A stretch of 64,000 bases of DNA. Source: Candidatus Bathyarchaeota archaeon (GTDB lineage Archaea > Thermoproteota > Bathyarchaeia > 40CM-2-53-6 > DTDX01). The translations under genes were made by a program, and so were the position numbers. This document shows, piece by piece, positions 58,618 to 64,000 of this stretch. The stretch covers positions 69,481-133,480 of the forward strand of contig JAGTQY010000003.1 of NCBI GenBank assembly GCA_018396815.1. The letters are read 5' to 3'. Under the pieces are notes generated by a model, which saw nothing but the letters and a program-made list of their open reading frames with translations, ran no database searches and was not told the origin of the DNA. Numbering within the stretch: the first letter of the stretch is position 1; the number at the start of each line of letters is the position of its first letter.

Positions 58618-59694
58618 TTAATTCACTAACTTTGCTTTTCCCTTACAAATTAAAAGTAGAGCTGCTGCCATTGGAAGAGTAACTTCTTCATTCTTATATG
58701 GTCCGAATTCTTCTCCTCCTAAAAGAAATTTTGGGGCTTCTTTAATATAGATTTTTTCTTCTCCTTTCTCTAAAGCAATTGCTTCATTAAGCGGATTGAA
58801 CTCTTCAAGGTTAGTTAAATCTACTTTTACTGCTCTTAAACCCGTTTTTCCGTTTAATGTTTCTGGAAGCCTTATTAATCTATGAATATCCATAGTCACT
58901 ACTGAATCTACTTTAACTGCTTTATCTTTAATAATGGAGCGGATTTCATGAAGTATTCTTCTTTTTGTTAAAGATTTTAATGAATTACTTTTTATTATTG
59001 AAGCAACTCTCTTAGCCCAACCGGAAGGCTGTTCATCAATATTATTTAAAACATTATTTAAATCTATTCCAATACCCATTACATAATCAACTATTTCTTT
59101 TCTTTCATCACTAGTTAATTGCAATATTTCATTTGAATCTATATGAATATGATATCCTCTATGACCTGTGAAGTAAATTTTAATATTTTCTTTTTTAAAT
59201 CCAAAATCTTTCATTAAAAAATCTATTAATTTTAAAGTTTCTTCTTTAGCTTTTTCTAAGCATTTTTGGCAGATCCATGTTTCTGTTTGAATCTTGCTTT
59301 CACCGCATTTTAAACATTTTTCTGGCGGCATACCTTTACTTGTGTAACTACAATTTTTACAAATCCATTTATCATGCTCTTTTTTGCATAAAGTATCTAT
59401 ATGATCTGCATCTATATCAAATATTAAATCAGCCCCAATCCATTCTTTACCTTTCATTTCTTCTTCAGGTTTTAAATAGTATGCTGATGAATAATAAACA
59501 TCTGATGGAACAATTGTTTTAATGAATTCTCTAAGGGTATTAATGTTTAAAAAATTTTTATGACGAACCATAATTTTCTCTTTAAAAAGGAGAAAACCAA
59601 ATTCTCTTTTAGTAATCTCTTTAGGTTCCTTAATTCTCCAAGAAAATAAACGATAATACTCAAAAAACTTTTTCTTAATGTAATCTTCTATCAA
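58618..59694 (-). CDS. priS: DNA primase small (catalytic) subunit PriS.
   Basis: Catalytic DIDADH motif with a zinc-ribbon insertion. Confidence 0.8.
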   Translation of the reverse strand: MIEDYIKKKFFEYYRLFSWRIKEPKEITKREFGFLLFKEKIMVRHKNFLNINTLREFIKTIVPSDVYYSSAYYLKPEEEMKGKEWIGADLIFDIDADHIDTLCKKEHDKWICKNCSYTSKGMPPEKCLKCGESKIQTETWICQKCLEKAKEETLKLIDFLMKDFGFKKENIKIYFTGHRGYHIHIDSNEILQLTSDERKEIVDYVMGIGIDLNNVLNNIDEQPSGWAKRVASIIKSNSLKSLTKRRILHEIRSIIKDKAVKVDSVVTMDIHRLIRLPETLNGKTGLRAVKVDLTNLEEFNPLNEAIALEKGEEKIYIKEAPKFLLGGEEFGPYKNEEVTLPMAAALLLICKGKAKLVN

Positions 59695-60721
59695 CTTTTT
59701 TTCTCCAAAACTTTAATGCCTTCTTATAATAAGTTAATGGATGCACTACTTTACTACATAATTCATCTTGATTTATACATATGCCATAAGTTTTTAATGT
59801 TGAACATTTCGGTGGAACATACTTAATTCCTGAACCTCTTGCACCTGCTATATGTTCAATTTGATATTTTGTTTTTTCCTCATTAAAATCTGAAACTCCT
59901 TTAAAAATTTGAGTTATTTCTTCAGGTTTTAAACCTATGTTTAAAAGAAAAGCTGTTAAAGTAAATCTTTCCACATGAGAAGCATGCCCTCCAGAAATTA
60001 TGGATTCATAAATCTTCTTTATGCATGGTGGGAAAGCTGAAAAAACCATTGTTTTAGGCAATTCAGTAGAAGAAACAAAACTTAATTTACTTGAATAAGA
60101 AATGATTCTTTTTATATATTCTTCAAAATTATTTTTTATTTCAACATTAGAATCTTCTATTTTAGCCAGTATTCTTCTTTGAATTTCTTCTTCAAGAAGT
60201 CTTGAAGCTTCCTCTTTAGTTAAGTATACGTAGCCATCCTCCAAAATTCTATTAATTAATTTCCATTTCGTATCTTTAATTTTTACAGCATTCCTTAAAT
60301 AATTTGAAAAATGAAGTTTAAACGTGAAAAATCTATTATTAAAAGTGGTATTAACAAACTCTATTTTCCAATTAAAGGTTTCTTTAGCTATATGAAGAAT
60401 TTTTTCATTTTCCTCGTCTATTAAAAACTCGTATGCTCTTTTAGCTTCTGATAAAGCATATCTTCGTTTAATTTTTTCATCTTTAATTCCACTTAATAAA
60501 AGAATAGCTGTTGGGAAAGATAGGATTTCAACATCATTATGTAACCATTCTTTTGAGATTTTAACGTTTAAAATAGCTTCTTTTATCCTTTCTTCAGCTC
60601 TATTAATCACTTCAATAAATTCTATCGAGGTTAAATCATCTATTTTAAGCCCTAAATTTTTAACGTATTCAGCCGCTTCCTTAGTAAATGGATATTTGGC
60701 TAGATCAATAATTGTTAACAT
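59675..60721 (-). CDS. priL: DNA primase large subunit PriL.
   Basis: PriL helical N-terminal domain and a C-terminal Fe-S domain with four Cys. Confidence 0.8.
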   Translation of the reverse strand: MLTIIDLAKYPFTKEAAEYVKNLGLKIDDLTSIEFIEVINRAEERIKEAILNVKISKEWLHNDVEILSFPTAILLLSGIKDEKIKRRYALSEAKRAYEFLIDEENEKILHIAKETFNWKIEFVNTTFNNRFFTFKLHFSNYLRNAVKIKDTKWKLINRILEDGYVYLTKEEASRLLEEEIQRRILAKIEDSNVEIKNNFEEYIKRIISYSSKLSFVSSTELPKTMVFSAFPPCIKKIYESIISGGHASHVERFTLTAFLLNIGLKPEEITQIFKGVSDFNEEKTKYQIEHIAGARGSGIKYVPPKCSTLKTYGICINQDELCSKVVHPLTYYKKALKFWRKKVDRRLH

Positions 60722-60722
60722 A

Positions 60723-61475
60723 TTAAGTTGTTTCTATTCTAGGAGCTAAATAATAAACTAAATTTGCTTGAATTAAATTAAACTCAAGTTTAATGGGCAT
60801 ATTTGTTGAAAACTCTAATGTGGCTACCTCTGATGCTGATGCTCCAGCTTTAACCATTTCAGCTAAAAAGTTTAAATTAAAAGTTGCTTTTGAAGGTTCT
60901 TTAACCTCAAGCTCTAAAAGAGCTTCACTTCCTTTTTCAACTTCAAAAGTAGCGTTGCTTAATTCTGAAGTTGCATTTACAATAAACTTTTCTTGAGTAG
61001 CTTCTAAAGTAACATTATCAGCTATTGCTTCAGCATCATCAATTATTTCTTTTAAGCTGCTTGAAAGCATTTTAACTTTAGCGTTAAATGTTAATTTTGG
61101 AGATGGCGCTTCCTCCTCACTACTCTCTAAAGTTGGTATAATAAATTTTTTAGTTACTTTTCCCTTAAGAATCATAGTTAATTTTCTTGAGTCTTCATCA
61201 TAATTTATTTCAACGCTTTCATCACTTTTAGCTTTTTTTAAAAGCTTCTGTACATTACTTAAATTAATCCTTACTTTAGTTAGTTTATCGCATTCATATT
61301 TCTCAAATGATTGCTTAGGCCATGTTAAACTTACCATCGCTACATGGCTTGGATCTAATGCTTTAAGGCTTATTCCCTCCTCATTCATATTAAAATCTAC
61401 TTCTTCTACAAGCGTTGAAACTGCAGCTAAAATATTTCGTAAAAGTTTCGCATCCGGGGCTATCACTTTAAACAT
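60723..61475 (-). CDS. pcn: DNA polymerase sliding clamp PCNA.
   Basis: 250 aa with the two-domain PCNA fold. Confidence 0.9.
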   Translation of the reverse strand: MFKVIAPDAKLLRNILAAVSTLVEEVDFNMNEEGISLKALDPSHVAMVSLTWPKQSFEKYECDKLTKVRINLSNVQKLLKKAKSDESVEINYDEDSRKLTMILKGKVTKKFIIPTLESSEEEAPSPKLTFNAKVKMLSSSLKEIIDDAEAIADNVTLEATQEKFIVNATSELSNATFEVEKGSEALLELEVKEPSKATFNLNFLAEMVKAGASASEVATLEFSTNMPIKLEFNLIQANLVYYLAPRIETT

Positions 61476-61576
61476 TATTTTCCCCCAAGCTTTCTTTATT
61501 CTTAAATTTTCTAAATGTTCTTTAAAAATTATTTTTTAATCATATTGTAAAACTGAAATCTTCTTTATTACTTTAA

Positions 61577-61900
61577 TTATGATAATTCACGCCAAGTATA
61601 ACCGCATTTTGTGCATCTAAAAAATTGAGTTGAAGATTCATCAGCACCTCTGGTTTGAACTATCCAATAGAAAGCTTCTCGATTTCCACATTTAGGGCAT
61701 TCAGCCTTAACTTTAGGCATAGTTCTTATTTTTTCTTCTTCTTTACTTACAACAACTATTTTTTCTTTTTCTTGAGCTATTTTAGTAATTGCTTTCTCTG
61801 TTTTTTCAGTTTCATAATTACACTTCATGCATTTTAATATCACTTTATCATTTTTTTTAGTTAAAGTAAGGGCAGTGCCGCATTTAGGGCAAAACTGCAT
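61577..61900 (-). CDS. tfs: Transcription factor S (TFS/RpoM).
   Basis: Two zinc ribbons (CPKCG...CMKC, CPKCG...CTKCG). The acidic hairpin is QTRGADES. Confidence 0.85.
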   Translation of the reverse strand: MQFCPKCGTALTLTKKNDKVILKCMKCNYETEKTEKAITKIAQEKEKIVVVSKEEEKIRTMPKVKAECPKCGNREAFYWIVQTRGADESSTQFFRCTKCGYTWRELS

Positions 61901-61970
61901 TAAAAACCATCTCGCATAAACTATTTTTTGTTTAAGTTAGCTGTTGTGTTTAATTTAAACTTTTTCATTG

Positions 61971-62438
61971 TCACGCTTCTAGATTGTTTAAAGCTTTTGC
62001 AATTAAAAAAGCAACTCTTAAAGGTTCTGGAAAATCTGCTTTTTTTAATGTAAAGTTCTTTAAAGCCTCTTTAGTTAAAGCTTGGTTAAATCCAATTGCT
62101 TTAACATAAATCTCCCTTTTATTAATTTTTAGCTTTAAAAGTTCCTCGTTTTTTATTGGGGGTTTTTTGTAAACTACTATAACCGGTAATTTTGTTTCTT
62201 CATAAATTTTTTGTAAATTAACTTTAGCTACAATATTTTCGCTAAACATTATTATTCTTAATTGTTTAAAATGTGGTGAGGCTTTTAATACTTTAACTAT
62301 TTCTTCTGTTACATTTATATTTAAATCAAGTTTAATTTTAATTAGTCCTTCGAAACATGTGTTTCCTCTGAAAATAACTCCAATAATATTTTTAGTATTT
62401 CCATACACGAATCCTATTGCTCTAATCTCTTTCTTCAT
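61971..62438 (-). CDS. UPF0215/DUF99 family protein.
   Basis: Family-typical N-terminus (IRAIGFVYGNTKNIIGVIFRG). Confidence 0.55.
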   Translation of the reverse strand: MKKEIRAIGFVYGNTKNIIGVIFRGNTCFEGLIKIKLDLNINVTEEIVKVLKASPHFKQLRIIMFSENIVAKVNLQKIYEETKLPVIVVYKKPPIKNEELLKLKINKREIYVKAIGFNQALTKEALKNFTLKKADFPEPLRVAFLIAKALNNLEA

Positions 62439-62441
62439 GTT

Positions 62442-62831
62442 TTATTCACTTAACTTTTTTAGAAGAATTTTAGTAAGTTTCTCTATCGCTTTAACAGGAT
62501 CATCAACTTCTTTCTCTATTATTACTATTAATTCCTCAATTGAAACTTTGTTTTTCAACCAAGCGTCTCCAAGTAAAGCTTCGATAGAATTTGCTATTTC
62601 ACCTTTACTTATTCTTGATGGTAAAAACTTTCTTATCCCAACATTTTTTGCTACAATTGATAAAACTTTATCGCTTACTTTTTCTCCTGTTGGTTCTCCC
62701 CTTCTTTTCGTAAGAGCAAAAGAATAAATGAAATTTAGGAGAGAATCTCCAAATCTTGCAAGTTTTTTATTAAGTAAAATCTCTTTAACTGTTTTTTCGT
62801 TTAATTCAGTTTTTTCAAGTTGCTTCCTCAA
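62442..62831 (-). CDS. RNase III-domain-like protein (mini-III-like).
   Basis: LARFGDSLLNFIYS resembles the RNase III signature ERLEFLGDA.L. 129 aa. Confidence 0.35.
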   Translation of the reverse strand: MRKQLEKTELNEKTVKEILLNKKLARFGDSLLNFIYSFALTKRRGEPTGEKVSDKVLSIVAKNVGIRKFLPSRISKGEIANSIEALLGDAWLKNKVSIEELIVIIEKEVDDPVKAIEKLTKILLKKLSE

Positions 62832-63117
62832 ATCTCTTCATGAACTCTTCTGTTTGAGATTTCATTTTTTTTAAAGCTTTTTTTAAAGCTTCTCTCGCTG
62901 TTTCTTTGCCTGAGACTCGAATATAAAATACTGCTTTCTTAAATAATGGATGAGGGACATCATAACCTGCTATTTCAACATTTTCATCCTCAAGCAATGT
63001 TTTTTGAAGAAGATTACAAAAAGTATGCGTTTCATCTAATTCAAATTTAATTTCTTTCTCATTTTCTTTAACTATTGTAATATTCAATTTTTTCTCCTCC
63101 AGTAATTTTGAAACCAT
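62815..63117 (-). CDS. rpoL: DNA-directed RNA polymerase subunit L (Rpb11 homologue).
   Basis: EDHTFCNLLQ...AGYDVPHPL motif. Confidence 0.75.
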   Translation of the reverse strand: MVSKLLEEKKLNITIVKENEKEIKFELDETHTFCNLLQKTLLEDENVEIAGYDVPHPLFKKAVFYIRVSGKETAREALKKALKKMKSQTEEFMKRFEEAT

Positions 63118-63676
63118 AAGTTTTAGCTATTTTTCTATATTCAATATTACCACAATTCTTGCATTCTAATACACCTTTCCTGCTTTTTAAATTTAATTCA
63201 TTTCCACATAAAGAGCAATAAGCTAATATAACTCCTAAATCCTCTCCAACAGTTGTTAACTGAAGAAGACCATTTTTTACTTTAGAAACTCTAGCTTTAA
63301 TTATATCGGTAGCTTTACATATATCACTCATTGTTTTTTCAAATTTATGGCTTGAAGCTGAAATATGAAGAAAACCTGTAAATGAATTTGATAAAATCGT
63401 ATTTTTGATTAAAAACACATTTATTACTGCTATTTTGTCTTGCACTCCTGTAACTACGCCTAAAACTTCATCTCCTTCACTTGGAAAAACTGGTTTTCTA
63501 ATTGAAGTTTTAATATAGATTTTTTTGTTTATAAGGTCTTTAATAGCTAACCCTACAGTTTTAGCATAAATCACTCCATTCACTTCATAAGTTCCTAAAC
63601 CTGGAGAAAACTCTTCAACTACCCCTAATTTATCTCCAGGTGTAACAAACTCAACTCTTCTCTTGTTATCCATCAT
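63068..63676 (-). CDS. csl4: Exosome complex component Csl4.
   Basis: N-terminal domain, S1 domain and C-terminal zinc ribbon (CSLCGN...CKNCGN). Confidence 0.8.
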   Translation of the reverse strand: MMDNKRRVEFVTPGDKLGVVEEFSPGLGTYEVNGVIYAKTVGLAIKDLINKKIYIKTSIRKPVFPSEGDEVLGVVTGVQDKIAVINVFLIKNTILSNSFTGFLHISASSHKFEKTMSDICKATDIIKARVSKVKNGLLQLTTVGEDLGVILAYCSLCGNELNLKSRKGVLECKNCGNIEYRKIAKTYGFKITGGEKIEYYNS

Positions 63677-64000
63677 TTTTAACTACCCTATATAAATCAA
63701 CTTTAATAATATGCCTTTTCTTATAATGGAAATTAAAAAGCCTTGGGATAGTTAAGTTTATTTGGAAAATAGCTGAAACTTCTCCCCCTTCATTAATTAT
63801 TTTATCTTTTATAAATTTTCTGTTTTTTTCACTTGATTTATGAAGTGTATAAATTACTTTACCTATTTCAAGAGCTTTCTTTAAAAATAAAATATCTGCG
63901 CCTCTTTTTTTTACTCCAAATGGAGGATTTTGAAGTACAACATCAAATTTGCCTATTATCGAGGATACATCACCAATAACCCATTGAATTTTATCTTTTA
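63666..64000 (-). CDS. METTL5-like RNA methyltransferase. C-terminal part only; the gene continues beyond the window end.
   Basis: The minus-strand frame reads ...IGDVSSIIGKFDVVLQNPPFGVKKRGADILF..., with an NPPF motif of amino-methyltransferases. Its stop overlaps the csl4 start. Confidence 0.55.
   Translation of the reverse strand, partial: KDKIQWVIGDVSSIIGKFDVVLQNPPFGVKKRGADILFLKKALEIGKVIYTLHKSSEKNRKFIKDKIINEGGEVSAIFQINLTIPRLFNFHYKKRHIIKVDLYRVVKNDG

Noticed and set aside
59277-59522. 81-aa plus-strand ORF inside the PriS gene.
   Set aside because: Antisense shadow frame. PriS on the minus strand has the catalytic DIDADH motif.
60793-60996. 67-aa ORF antisense to the PCNA gene.
   Set aside because: Antisense shadow frame inside PCNA.
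61655-61837. 60-aa plus-strand ORF inside the TFS gene.
   Set aside because: Antisense shadow frame (Phe-rich). TFS has two clear zinc ribbons.
62359-62727. 122-aa ORF antisense across the DUF99 and RNase III-like genes.
   Set aside because: Antisense to two co-directional minus-strand genes, with shadow-frame composition.

Overview
This is a gene-dense, AT-rich (roughly 30% GC) archaeal chromosomal window: about 75 protein genes, one tRNA, and no rRNA, CRISPR array or recognisable mobile element. Shine-Dalgarno (GGAGG) sites precede many starts and short gene overlaps are frequent. The content is housekeeping and archaeon-diagnostic.

Recognisable clusters:
- Replication: PCNA, PriL, PriS and a GINS subunit in one minus-strand block.
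- Translation: L44e, S27e, aIF2-alpha and Nop10 followed by a PAC2-family gene.
- Transcription and RNA decay: TFS, RpoL and Csl4, followed by a METTL5-like methyltransferase.
- Repair: NucS/EndoMS directly upstream of RadA.
- Other single genes: TBP, AglB/STT3, IleRS, AsnRS, CTP synthase, GcvT and GcvH.
- Biosynthesis: aspartate kinase, homoserine dehydrogenase and threonine synthase in a row.
- Phosphate: PiT plus a PhoU-like gene.
- Sulfur relay: DsrE-like, TusA, cysteine desulfurase and IscU.
- tRNA acetylation: the ac4C acetyltransferase TmcA.

The tRNA gene appears to be tRNA-Pro(TGG) carrying two introns, one canonical at 37/38 and one in the D-arm.

Observations most worth a second look:
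- An ASCH-domain ORF that abuts the TmcA stop in the +1 frame with no in-frame start codon. This could be a writer/eraser pair, a recoding event or an assembly indel.
- A roughly 400-bp segmental duplication (tail of a LivM-like gene plus a cupin gene) flanking an MscS gene, with reciprocal decay of the two copies.
- A PP-loop sulfur-transferase gene followed 4 nt later by a DUF523 thiouracil-desulfidase-like gene.
- Two further frame-disrupted loci, a Zn-ADH pseudogene and a YuaJ-like fragment, which may reflect gene decay or homopolymer sequencing error.

I found no coherent candidate for a novel multi-gene system such as a defence island; the pairings above are the most interesting leads.
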